Shown here: positions 9,662 through 18,697 of the stretch, piece by piece
Numbering within the stretch: the stretch's first letter is position 1
Layout of the letters: each line of letters starts with the position of its first letter
Program-made: the position numbers and the translations under genes
Assembly: GCA_045105515.1 (NCBI GenBank)
Contig: JBGCDR010000458.1
Span: 1-18,698 of the forward strand
Source of the DNA: Oligoflexales bacterium
GTDB taxonomy: Bacteria > Bdellovibrionota_B > Oligoflexia > Oligoflexales > Bog-1112
Length of the DNA: 18,698 nt
Direction: 5' to 3'
The notes under the pieces: model-generated
What the model saw: the letters and a program-made list of their open reading frames with translations, nothing else
Database searches by the model: none
What the model was told of the DNA's origin: nothing

Positions 9662-9782
9662 GAACTCAAATAAGAAGCACGCTTGATAGTCATTTCTAAA
9701 CCTCTGAGTCTTTAAATCAAGAGATTGTATTTAAGCTGCTTATTTACGTCTTTACTGACCATCTTTGAAAGTCCTTCAAAAC

Positions 9783-10835
9783 TTAATGGCTGCGAAACAC
9801 CAGACTATTTGCTAAATTTTCAAGATGAGCTCGGTCTTCATTTGGTGGGAAATAATCTGTCAGCAGATCCAAAGCCCTTTGAGTGTAGTTTCTAGCTATC
9901 GTTAATACTTGCTCCGCAGTTTTATACCTCTCAACCAAACCAGCAACATATTCAACATCACTTGAGTTCATTCTTTCTTTCGCAAAAATTTGCCTTAAGG
10001 ATGCCAGCTCTGTAGGTTTTGCACATTCTTGGAGTAAAATAAGTGGGAGTGTAACCTTGCCTTCGTAGAGATCAGTATGAATTTCTTTACCAAAAATATT
10101 CTGACTGCTACGATAATCCAATGCATCATCAATCAATTGAAAAGCGACACCGAGGGAGTATCCGAAACCTTCAAGAGCTTCTTTTTGATCCTTATTGGCC
10201 TCAGCTAGTATTCCAGCCGCACGACATGCAGCTCCCATAAGCACTGCTGTCTTTCCTCCTAGGATAGCAAAGTAGGTTTCCTGTGAGATCTCAAGACTGT
10301 ATAGATGCTCTAACTGTAGAAGCTCCCCCTCACTCATTTTTTTTATAGAACTTGCAAAAACTTTTACTACTTCTAAATAACCAGTATTTGCCATTAGTTC
10401 GCTGGCAGTAGAGTAAATTAGGTCTCCAACCAAAACTGCTGCTTCATCTCCCCAAATACTATTCGATGTAGGCTTATTGCGCCTAAGCTGGCTGTTATCG
10501 ACAACATCATCATGCAGTAAGCTTGCTGTATGGACATACTCGCAAACTGCTGCGATAGGCATCAAATGCTTACCTCGGTAACAGAGCATACGGCTCACAA
10601 GAAAAAACATCGCTGGCCTGACCAATTTTCCTTCACTAGCAAAAACATGCTGAAGTATCTCATCACCACTTTCAGTTTTGGCTGCAAGATAATTTTTTAG
10701 CAAGGGTTTAAGCAGCTGTAAGTCTTCATAAACCGGCAAAAGGGCCTGAGACAATAAAAGTACGTCCTCTTTAGTATTTACCTCTAATGACGAAGATGTA
10801 TTCACCTGGATCAAGGGGCAGTTCCTTATTTTCAT
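9783..10835 (-). CDS. ispB: Polyprenyl diphosphate synthase (octaprenyl/heptaprenyl-type, IspB-like)
   Basis: GKLVRP, HTASLLHDDVVD (FARM), RR, GKTA, FQLIDDALD (SARM) and DLYEGKVTLP motifs. Exact start uncertain. Confidence 0.88.
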   Translation of the reverse strand: MKIRNCPLIQVNTSSSLEVNTKEDVLLLSQALLPVYEDLQLLKPLLKNYLAAKTESGDEILQHVFASEGKLVRPAMFFLVSRMLCYRGKHLMPIAAVCEYVHTASLLHDDVVDNSQLRRNKPTSNSIWGDEAAVLVGDLIYSTASELMANTGYLEVVKVFASSIKKMSEGELLQLEHLYSLEISQETYFAILGGKTAVLMGAACRAAGILAEANKDQKEALEGFGYSLGVAFQLIDDALDYRSSQNIFGKEIHTDLYEGKVTLPLILLQECAKPTELASLRQIFAKERMNSSDVEYVAGLVERYKTAEQVLTIARNYTQRALDLLTDYFPPNEDRAHLENLANSLVFRSH

Positions 10836-10863
10836 CGATAATATCGCTCAGGGAGTCTGCAAG

Positions 10864-10895
10864 TTGTTTCTCATTCCCTTGGGAATCAGAAACAA
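10864..10895. promoter_or_regulatory. Near-perfect 32-bp palindrome in the divergent ispB / DUF6178 spacer
   Basis: TTGTTTCTcATTCCC-TT-GGGAATcAGAAACAA, with 14 of 15 positions complementary. Confidence 0.5.
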
Positions 10896-10982
10896 GAGTA
10901 CGGACTAATCCTGCGTTAGTCAAACGATCCTAAGTATAAAGATTATAAGAATTTATTTCCATATCCATTAAGTAATTATTTC

Positions 10983-11011
10983 TTGCGGGGACTATAAAAA
11001 AATGGTAGCAT
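10983..11011 (+). promoter_or_regulatory. Candidate sigma70 promoter with extended -10
   Basis: TTGCGG-17 nt-TAGCAT, with TG at 11003-11004; about 85 bp upstream of ATG 11096. Confidence 0.45.
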
Positions 11012-11095
11012 CCGCCGTTCCGGCTGGTTCACATACAAGGCAAACATCATGCCAGACAGAGTACTCATCATCCTGTTTTAACTAGGAATTTATTT

Positions 11096-12928
11096 ATGAC
11101 AGAGCGTTTATCACAGGAAAATCTGAATAGCATTTTAGACGCAGGCCACAGAGGCTTCAAAACCATAGATAACGGCGTTGTGACCGAAACCCTGTTTCCG
11201 AAACTCGACCTAAAAGCAATTATCTCGTCTCCTAAACCTAAACAACAGATTCAAAACCTCTCCCCGCAGGTCTTGTTTCACGCTCTTGTGCGCGCCGGGC
11301 TTTCAGATTGTCTTGAGGTACTCCCTCTTTTATCAAGTGAGCAATTCGTCCGAATCTGCGACTACGATATATGGCATGAAGATAGGCTAGTCCCTAAGCA
11401 AGCCTTCTATTGGCTAGGTTTTTACCGAGAAGTATCACCAGTACAAATGTATGAACGCTTTCGACAATTAGATGAAGAATATCAGATAGCTCTTCTTAGT
11501 CCTTATTGCACCGTTTTTACCAATGACGAGTACGAAAAAATGACCGAAGAACAGCAAGACCTTCTTTACCGATTTCCAAACGACAGCTTGTATTATAGCG
11601 TCAACACAGGTGATGCCGACCTTCACAAAGGAATCTGCTCTTTAGTTGACGCTGCAATGAGTGAAGATATGTCCTATGCTATGACAGTGTTGAGCGCTGC
11701 AGCATTTAGCCCACCTAACGAGCAGGAAGAGCTTATCCGGCAGTTTCGCAATGCACGCCTCGAAGAAGACGGGTTCTTGAGCTATGAGGAAAGCCTCAGC
11801 TTTTTCACCCCTATCAACCCGGACGAGGAGTTCTCTCTATCAGACTGGGCGATTAGCACAAGCAAGGACTTAACTATAAATGAAGAAAATAGATCAAGTT
11901 TCCTGGCAAAGGTATTGAACCACCTCAATAAAGTAAACCAAGACGACGATGCCTTAGTCTTACAACAATCCCTAATTCAACTTACAAATGCAATGTGCAA
12001 CGCAGCTAAAGTCGAACCTGATGACTTGTCGGGCCTAAAAGACCTACTTAGCCACACAAGTAGCTTAGTATCCTTCAGCCTAGAAACCCTAAGCAAAGGC
12101 AATGTTTCAGAGGCTTCTGCAATACTGAGCAAGCAACATCCAAAAAAAATATACCAGTGGGGCCTAGCCCTTGTACACCAATTACGCATTGGTATCATAG
12201 AAGCAATTAGCCAAAGCACAATCCCTAAAAAATTCGTTGAGAAACTTAGCGTAAGTGCAAAAAAACAAAAGTTCGGATGCTGCCAAGAAAACCTCGATAA
12301 AAACTTTCTCCCGATCCTTGGACAAGAACACACCGAATTACTAAAAGCTATCTTCAATCGGTTTCCGCTCGCCCCTGTACAGGTCAAAAAGGGCAAAGAT
12401 AATAATTTCATTGCCTTTAAACCACTAAGCAGCCTTGCTGAATTTAAACGCCTTATTAGCTTCTGCGAATCACTTATTAGTAAGCTTCAGCTTGCAAGAC
12501 ATGCCTTTGAAAATCCTACGCATATAAACACGAGCATTGACACCATCATTCTGCAAGGATTCTTACAAACAAGTCTGGGTAAGCCATTTATAAGCAAAAC
12601 CCCTGATCAGAAAGAGTTAGAACAATTTCATAAGCTGGAACCAACTCAGTTTAAAACATCAGAGGCACTCCGCTCTGAGATTAGCTCATTGTTACAAGAA
12701 CAAGACTCATGGCTGTTTCATAGACAAGGCTTTGTTCGAAACAAACTAGCAAGTCACTCAGCCTTATCACTGAGAGCAATAGAAGACTTTGAAGATTTGT
12801 ACCATTATCTGCGCACAACTCAGACTCAAGCTGAGCAACACATCTTGGATTTATTCAGCAACCCACTTGTATCTATACCAGCATCAAAGCGCACATCAAA
12901 TATGCAAGTTAAACGGAGTGAAGTATGA
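11096..12928 (+). CDS. DUF6178-like protein of unknown function
   Basis: L..S.EQ....CDYDIW..D pattern and EQEE..RQFRNARLEEDGF..YEES segment, recognised from memory of this deltaproteobacterial family; 610 aa. Confidence 0.7.
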   Translation: MTERLSQENLNSILDAGHRGFKTIDNGVVTETLFPKLDLKAIISSPKPKQQIQNLSPQVLFHALVRAGLSDCLEVLPLLSSEQFVRICDYDIWHEDRLVPKQAFYWLGFYREVSPVQMYERFRQLDEEYQIALLSPYCTVFTNDEYEKMTEEQQDLLYRFPNDSLYYSVNTGDADLHKGICSLVDAAMSEDMSYAMTVLSAAAFSPPNEQEELIRQFRNARLEEDGFLSYEESLSFFTPINPDEEFSLSDWAISTSKDLTINEENRSSFLAKVLNHLNKVNQDDDALVLQQSLIQLTNAMCNAAKVEPDDLSGLKDLLSHTSSLVSFSLETLSKGNVSEASAILSKQHPKKIYQWGLALVHQLRIGIIEAISQSTIPKKFVEKLSVSAKKQKFGCCQENLDKNFLPILGQEHTELLKAIFNRFPLAPVQVKKGKDNNFIAFKPLSSLAEFKRLISFCESLISKLQLARHAFENPTHINTSIDTIILQGFLQTSLGKPFISKTPDQKELEQFHKLEPTQFKTSEALRSEISSLLQEQDSWLFHRQGFVRNKLASHSALSLRAIEDFEDLYHYLRTTQTQAEQHILDLFSNPLVSIPASKRTSNMQVKRSEV

Positions 12929-13374
12929 GCATTTTAAACACTAGCTCTCAAAAACCTAACAGCCCCTTAAGCCTCGAAGAACGAATAGAGCTTGAGCGGA
13001 TTATGAATATAAAGTATGCCAGCAAATTAAATGGCCGACTTTTTGTCATTACAAGCCATCAAGATAAAGCATCAAGCTTTATCAAAATCACCTTACTTAA
13101 CAGCGATGAGTCTTTTTACTACCCAGTCGAAGGCCGCGTAGAACACAAGAGCCAAAATTTATCTGCGAAAGAAGCTAGCCTTCTCTTGATTGACTACATT
13201 GACTCATATTTCGATGAATATCTGCGAGAAGATGAGAATGTATTTGTTCCGATTGACTGGAATGAATTCACCTACGAAGGCATTACCCTTTCATTAAAAG
13301 GACAAATATTGGACCTAAAGTCTCAAAGCATAGCTGATAAAATACTCACGGAAGGCAAAATGCTACCTTCCTAG
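12925..13374 (+). CDS. Hypothetical acidic protein, translationally coupled to the DUF6178-like gene
   Basis: ATGA start/stop overlap at 12925-12928; ggag RBS; 149 aa. Confidence 0.8.
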   Translation: MSILNTSSQKPNSPLSLEERIELERIMNIKYASKLNGRLFVITSHQDKASSFIKITLLNSDESFYYPVEGRVEHKSQNLSAKEASLLLIDYIDSYFDEYLREDENVFVPIDWNEFTYEGITLSLKGQILDLKSQSIADKILTEGKMLPS

Positions 13375-13474
13375 AAATTTCACATACCTTTGCTTGGCTT
13401 GCCCTCCCATGCGATAGACTTAAGTTAAACAACAAGTTTACTTGAACCAGTGCACTAGCGCTGAGGAGAACGCT

Positions 13475-14203
13475 ATGGAACACCGGCATACCCCAATCAC
13501 CTCCGATCATGACACACCTGATAAACCAAGAATTCCCGGTTGGCTCGAACAGAAACCAAAGACCAAAGACATTAACCCTAGCTTGTTGATCTATTTTTTA
13601 TGCATACTCTGCACGGGATTTGCGCATCATTCAGCAGTTCCCGCAGGCTTTTGGGTTAGTAATGAAAGTATTTTTACCAAACATGAGTATTGGCGATTGC
13701 TTAGCGCTTTGTTGGTGCATGCTGATTGGGGCCACCTCTTAGCAAATAGTCCATTGCTACTCATTTTTTCCTGGTACCTACGTACCTATTTTGGCTTGAT
13801 AATGTTTCCTCTAGTATCCCTCTTCGCTGGCGGGCTAACTAATCTCATAACAGTCTTCTATTACCCAGAAGCAGTGAGGTTAGTAGGTGCATCAGGCATG
13901 GTTTATGCTATGGTTGCCATGTGGTTAACGCTATACACGACCTATGAAACAAGGTTTAGCAAGTTAGCGAGAATGATGAGAGTATTAGGGTTTGCACTTG
14001 TATTAATGGCACCCACGACCTTTAAACCGGAGACGAGCTACCTCGCTCATGGAGTCGGATTTCTAGTAGGAGGAGCGCTCGCTCTTATTTCTATTCCGTT
14101 CTTAAAAACTCCCAAGCAACTGCCTCAGAGCCTTTGGACACAGGAACAAAAAAACACCTATAGCAATCAGGAAATGGAAGCTAATCTCGAAGATAAACAT
14201 TGA
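13475..14203 (+). CDS. Rhomboid family intramembrane serine protease
   Basis: EYWRLL, H...HL..N, catalytic GASG and H..G...G motifs. ATG 13475 follows RBS gaggag; the ORF track starts at TTG 13442. Confidence 0.92.
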   Translation: MEHRHTPITSDHDTPDKPRIPGWLEQKPKTKDINPSLLIYFLCILCTGFAHHSAVPAGFWVSNESIFTKHEYWRLLSALLVHADWGHLLANSPLLLIFSWYLRTYFGLIMFPLVSLFAGGLTNLITVFYYPEAVRLVGASGMVYAMVAMWLTLYTTYETRFSKLARMMRVLGFALVLMAPTTFKPETSYLAHGVGFLVGGALALISIPFLKTPKQLPQSLWTQEQKNTYSNQEMEANLEDKH

Positions 14204-14225
14204 AAGAGAGGATGCTTTTTGCTAG

Positions 14226-14654
14226 CTAAGCATGCGTATTCGTTTCACTATTTTCCTGAACAGTCTCAACTTGAGCTTTAAGTTCGGCGCTCACCTCCGA
14301 ACTAGTTTCAGCACTTACTTGAGCAGAAGCTTCTGGCGAGTTGGTAGGGCTTTCTTCACCAGCTTCCTCTTTATCTTCAGGAGTTGCCGCTGGTTTAACC
14401 GGAGCAGGCCTTTCCCTTGCTGCCGAAACTTTAATATGCCGACCATCTAGCTTCATACCGTCACACTTTTCAATGACTTCAGGTACTGCATTCAGATCAG
14501 TAAATTCTATAAATCCAAAGCATTTGGAACGACCTGTTTCTCGGTCAATGATAATCCGAACAGATGCAACATCTGCGCACCTTGAAAAGGCTGCCTTCAA
14601 GTCTGGTTCTGTGGTGCGCCAGTTTAAACCGCCCACGAAGATTTTATTACCCAT
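14226..14654 (-). CDS. RRM (RNP-1) RNA-binding protein with acidic low-complexity tail
   Basis: RNP2 IFVGGL, DRETGRSK and RNP1 CFGFIEF motifs; ATG 14654 follows aaggtgg. Confidence 0.92.
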   Translation of the reverse strand: MGNKIFVGGLNWRTTEPDLKAAFSRCADVASVRIIIDRETGRSKCFGFIEFTDLNAVPEVIEKCDGMKLDGRHIKVSAARERPAPVKPAATPEDKEEAGEESPTNSPEASAQVSAETSSEVSAELKAQVETVQENSETNTHA

Positions 14655-14936
14655 ATACCACCTTATCATTCCAATAGCGCAAAGCTTGAATAGATCAACT
14701 TGGAATTCTAGTTACCTTAAAATTCTTATTTAAGGACGTAATGATCTCAGCCTAAACTCAACTAAGTGGGGGAGTGTAATATAGCCTCCTATGCACAATC
14801 AAGCCACAAGTTTTAACATACTGTATTTATGATATAAATTCTAAATCAAAATGCCATCTTTGAATGAGCTTACTCCGCCATAAATTTGAATCTGGCTGAT
14901 TTAACTCATATAATTGAGCCTGAAGGAGGACTTCCA

Positions 14937-15794
14937 ATGAAAGCTTTAGATCAAGTTGAAATGGATTTCATTGAGGAAGCCTTTGCATTTCTCGAAAACG
15001 ACAGTTTAGTCTTAAAACTTTCGCGCCTTGTTGGAAAGCCTATAGAAGCAGCCCAACAGGCTTTACCCCAAAAAGTACAAAAATTAGTCAGCACAACAGT
15101 ACAAGACTCCTTGTTATTTAGCCTCAAAACGATGCTTAAAACAGTACCTCAAGATAGCAAAAATTCAGAAAATTTCATCAAAGCAAGCAAAAAAACAAAG
15201 TCATTACACACACTCCTTGCTGGGGTCAGCGGAGGTGTTGGTGGTTTTTTTGGGGTGATCGCACTTCCTGTGGAACTACCTACATCAACCTGCATAATGC
15301 TGCGCTCTATCACAAAAATTGCCAGAGAATGTGGGGAAGATTTCATTGAGCCTGAGACCTTATTAGAATGCATAGCAATTTTTTCATATGGAGACCAAAA
15401 AATGTTCGATCAGGAATCTGAGTTTAATTCTATGTATTTTGCTCAACGGTTAGCCTACAGCAAGTTATTGAATGATGCAGCCAAATATATTGCATCACAC
15501 TCCACAACTGGCTTGCTATTATCTAAGAAAGACCTTGCACCTGTAATGATAACTTTCATTTCAAAAATCGCATCTATTTTCAAAATTTCAATCAGCAAAA
15601 AAATAGTTGCTGAGTCCATTCCTATTATTGGCTCGATAGGAGGATCCGCAATCAACACTCTTTTTTCCGAGTATTATAGCAGTGTGGCTAGGTTCCACTT
15701 CGGAATCAGAGCCTTAGAAAGGAAGTATGGGAAAAGCAGGATAAAAACTATCTATGATAGCTTTGGCCGCAAGCAAGGTGATGAAGCAAGTTAG
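14937..15794 (+). CDS. EcsC family protein
   Basis: SGGVGGFFG...LPVELP.ST..MLRSI..IA, IPIIG..GG..IN and ARFHF.IRALERKYG motifs; RBS gaaggagg before ATG 14937. Confidence 0.85.
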   Translation: MKALDQVEMDFIEEAFAFLENDSLVLKLSRLVGKPIEAAQQALPQKVQKLVSTTVQDSLLFSLKTMLKTVPQDSKNSENFIKASKKTKSLHTLLAGVSGGVGGFFGVIALPVELPTSTCIMLRSITKIARECGEDFIEPETLLECIAIFSYGDQKMFDQESEFNSMYFAQRLAYSKLLNDAAKYIASHSTTGLLLSKKDLAPVMITFISKIASIFKISISKKIVAESIPIIGSIGGSAINTLFSEYYSSVARFHFGIRALERKYGKSRIKTIYDSFGRKQGDEAS

Positions 15795-15940
15795 GAAAGA
15801 CTAAAATACACGCATCACAGCCTTGTAAGGCAAAACTTCTAGCTTGCATTTTACTTGCATATACAATATCTCGTTGTTTATCTTCTGCCCACTTCCAGAA
15901 ATCCTTATATCCCTATTTTGAATGGAATTTTAGCCTTATC

Positions 15941-16730
15941 ATGAAGCTCTTAATATTTGAAAATTTTATCAAAACTATCTTGGTGGTGCTACTGATACCC
16001 CACACACTCGATTTTAATTGGAAAAAAAACAGTCGAAGGATACAAAGTTATCAATACCAAGAATATTGATGGAACAGATCTTAATAATAACGAGGTCGGA
16101 GGTTTTGTTGGTAAAAATGTGATGCTTGAGATAGGTAATGAAATTCATGTCGATGAGTATGGCAATCCCTTCCTTTTGCTAAAATCAATTTTCATAGGCA
16201 GAGATTCAAAGGTTTTTGGGAAGACTCAATTATCTGGAAATGCCAAAATTTATCAAAGTGCACAGGTTGCAGATAAGGCAAAAATTTACGGAAATGCTCA
16301 TATTTATGGAAAGTCAGTAATTTTTGAACATGCTGAGGTTTATGACAATGCTCGTATAAATGGCACTGCTTGAGTCTACGGAAAAGCCCATGTTTTTGGT
16401 AAAGCCCGGGTGAAAGGTGATGCTGAAATTTTTGGAAAAGCTCGGGTGTATGGCAGAACACAGTTATCTGGGAACTCTAAAATTTTTGGCCAGGCGCAAG
16501 TATATGGCCAAGCTGAAATAGGAAAAAAGTCGATGATTTATGACCATGCTCAAGTATCTGGAAAAGCATGGATATCTGACTTCGCTAAATTGTTTGGGAA
16601 TGCACAGGTCTTTGGTCATGCTTGGGTGTTCGAGAGGGCTCAAGTGTATGACAATGCTAAAATATACGGACATACCCAAGTAGCACGAGATGAACATATT
16701 AATGGGGACACGGAATTGGTGGTCAAATGA
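15941..16730 (+). pseudogene. Hexapeptide-repeat (AxVYGx, left-handed beta-helix-like) protein with a frameshift near the A8 tract and an internal TGA
   Basis: ORFs 16119-16373 and 16410-16730 are in one frame, separated by TGA 16371-16373. The frame is open back to 15996. A hydrophobic leader from ATG 15941 is in another frame. Confidence 0.8.
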
Positions 16731-16792
16731 TAGTATCTAAAAAAGAGATATTATAGTAACTATGGAAAATTTAAAATACGGTGCTAAGCAAT

Positions 16793-18697
16793 TCACCACA
16801 CCGGCTGATTAGCTATTAAACGTAGCTTTTCTATATCCTCATATATATCGCCATTCCATTTGAGCCTGTTTAAGGATGCGAGAGATTGTTTGAACATGTG
16901 CTTTGAGGTATTTTTTTGGATATCTGCCTTAATCGCATTTTCAAAATACCGTTCAATACGCTCTAAATCTAGAGCTTCAAACGAAAGTAAATGCACAGAT
17001 AAAGCACTAGCACTAGACTTAAGAGTATCGATTTGATGCTCACCATTCTTATATGTATCTACTGCCGTATTATACGCGTTAAGAGCGTGAATCAAAGCAA
17101 TTTTAAGATTATTTCGCATCTTCTCTAGTCGAATCCCTATCTGATCCTGCTCGGATTTAGCAATCGTAACTTTCGTAGCAAAATTAAATCCGAGCCCACC
17201 ACCATCTGGATCTAAGAAATCAAAATATTTGGATTTACGGGAAATGCTTGCAGCTTTTTCTAAACTTTTCATCATAGCGAGCTCACTCGACTTCTCAATC
17301 ACCGATCCTAGATAATTCTCAAGCTCAGTTGAAATAATTTCTTGTGGAATAGTTAAATCGAGTGTTTCTATATTAATTTTTTGCCAATCCCCTTGAAAAT
17401 TAAACAATGAAGCTAGCTCAGGTCGCAAATCATCAATCAAACTATCTACTTGTAAGAGCTGCTTTTCGACTCTAGCGAGCAGATTCTGCATATATCCAAG
17501 TTCTTCACTTTCCACCTTTCTTGAAAGTAAGGCCTCTTGCTTTTTGATATAGTCTAAAGCTTGAGAAATTAGTTCATGATAATAAATTAGAATATCTTTA
17601 TTTGTAAAGTGGTTGTGAATGGTAATATATAAAGACTCTGCAGTTGTAACTTGATTAGCAAGTAAAGTCCTATAGCTAGCTAACTCAGCATCTAATAGTT
17701 TATTGGACTCCTTAAATGCAAACCAATTACTTGGAAAGGCAAATCCAACCAGAGATGGAACAACAGAAAAAAAACTACTTTGAGCTAGAGACATGACTGA
17801 TCCAAGATTTATCGAGGGCAAAAAAGCTGATATCTTGTTGTTTACATTTAGACGAGCTTGATAGACTTTTTCTGCCTGCTCCCTTGATTCAAAACCAGCT
17901 TCTAGAGTATTCTTAATAACTTGATTATATTTAAAGCAATATGGAGGTTCGCAATTTTTATCGGTACTATCAGAGAAAATATTTGCTTCAAAATAGCTTT
18001 GAACTACAAATGGCTTTTGGTTTCCTTGCTCAGGCTTCACCTGGCGCCGCAAAAATTGATACTCTACTGCTCCGATCCCACTAATAGCTTTTCTTGAGTC
18101 AAAAGCATCGGGACTCTGAGAATTCACAAATTCAATAATCTCCTTGAGTGTCTCAATAGTTTCTTCATCAACTTGGGATTGCTCACTCATATTTGCATTT
18201 TTGCATAGTGGAACATCTCGGTACTTATCTTGCTCGATATTAAAACTCCCTCCGTGAGTTTCCAATATCTGTTCATTATGCTTTACCAAATACCCAATTT
18301 TATGAATATTCTTATCAGCAATTTGAAGTAGTTTCTCTTCATTCAAATAGTAGTTGCCATATTTCAAGTTAAGTAAAAAATCGATAGGTGGCAACCAGGC
18401 AACACCAATAGATTTAACATCATCTATATAATGCAGGATAATTTCTGGAAAAATATAACTGATATCTCCAAAATCGAGGACAATCTCCTTAGAACATTTA
18501 CTCTCATGCTGGCATTTAGCAAAATAATTTTTAGGGGAAAATTTAATAGCATCCGTAAGGCAGGGTTGATTCAAGTAAGCTTTTAACCAAATTTTGAAGT
18601 ACGTTAAAATGGGTTCAGCATATTTTTTTAACAAAATTTTTGTTGTCAAAAATATTTGAGATGTATTTTTTTGACTATTCAAGCATAATCTAACAAT
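16793..18697 (-). CDS. Divergent TolC/outer-membrane efflux-like protein with a long N-terminal extension, probably 5'-truncated
   Basis: After about residue 250: ...VYQARLNV....SAFLPSINL, FPSNWF and long amphipathic helices ending SLASLNRL..G, resembling OEP repeats. The frame is open to the window edge. Confidence 0.65.
   Translation of the reverse strand: MVRLCLNSQKNTSQIFLTTKILLKKYAEPILTYFKIWLKAYLNQPCLTDAIKFSPKNYFAKCQHESKCSKEIVLDFGDISYIFPEIILHYIDDVKSIGVAWLPPIDFLLNLKYGNYYLNEEKLLQIADKNIHKIGYLVKHNEQILETHGGSFNIEQDKYRDVPLCKNANMSEQSQVDEETIETLKEIIEFVNSQSPDAFDSRKAISGIGAVEYQFLRRQVKPEQGNQKPFVVQSYFEANIFSDSTDKNCEPPYCFKYNQVIKNTLEAGFESREQAEKVYQARLNVNNKISAFLPSINLGSVMSLAQSSFFSVVPSLVGFAFPSNWFAFKESNKLLDAELASYRTLLANQVTTAESLYITIHNHFTNKDILIYYHELISQALDYIKKQEALLSRKVESEELGYMQNLLARVEKQLLQVDSLIDDLRPELASLFNFQGDWQKINIETLDLTIPQEIISTELENYLGSVIEKSSELAMMKSLEKAASISRKSKYFDFLDPDGGGLGFNFATKVTIAKSEQDQIGIRLEKMRNNLKIALIHALNAYNTAVDTYKNGEHQIDTLKSSASALSVHLLSFEALDLERIERYFENAIKADIQKNTSKHMFKQSLASLNRLKWNGDIYEDIEKLRLIANQPVW

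Noticed and set aside
16371..16373. Genome-wide TGA recoding (code 4/25) or selenocysteine
   Set aside because: kbl and the TIGR02147 gene end in TGA at expected lengths, Trp is encoded by TGG in the genes checked, and the repeat position is not a Cys/Sec site.
518..16697. Short overlapping ORFs in the track (518-730, 1897-2115, 3184-3375, 3424-3624, 5979-6203, 7265-7465, 7644-7838, 7771-7956, 8226-8414, 11977-12411, 14232-14450, 14341-14733, 15149-15373, 15455-15658, 16192-16461, 16464-16697)
   Set aside because: They are antisense or off-frame shadows of well-supported genes, with no recognisable motifs.
16197..16730. CRISPR array or DGR-like nucleotide repeats
   Set aside because: The 18-nt periodicity is degenerate and explained by protein hexapeptide repeats; there are no spacers, cas genes or reverse transcriptase.
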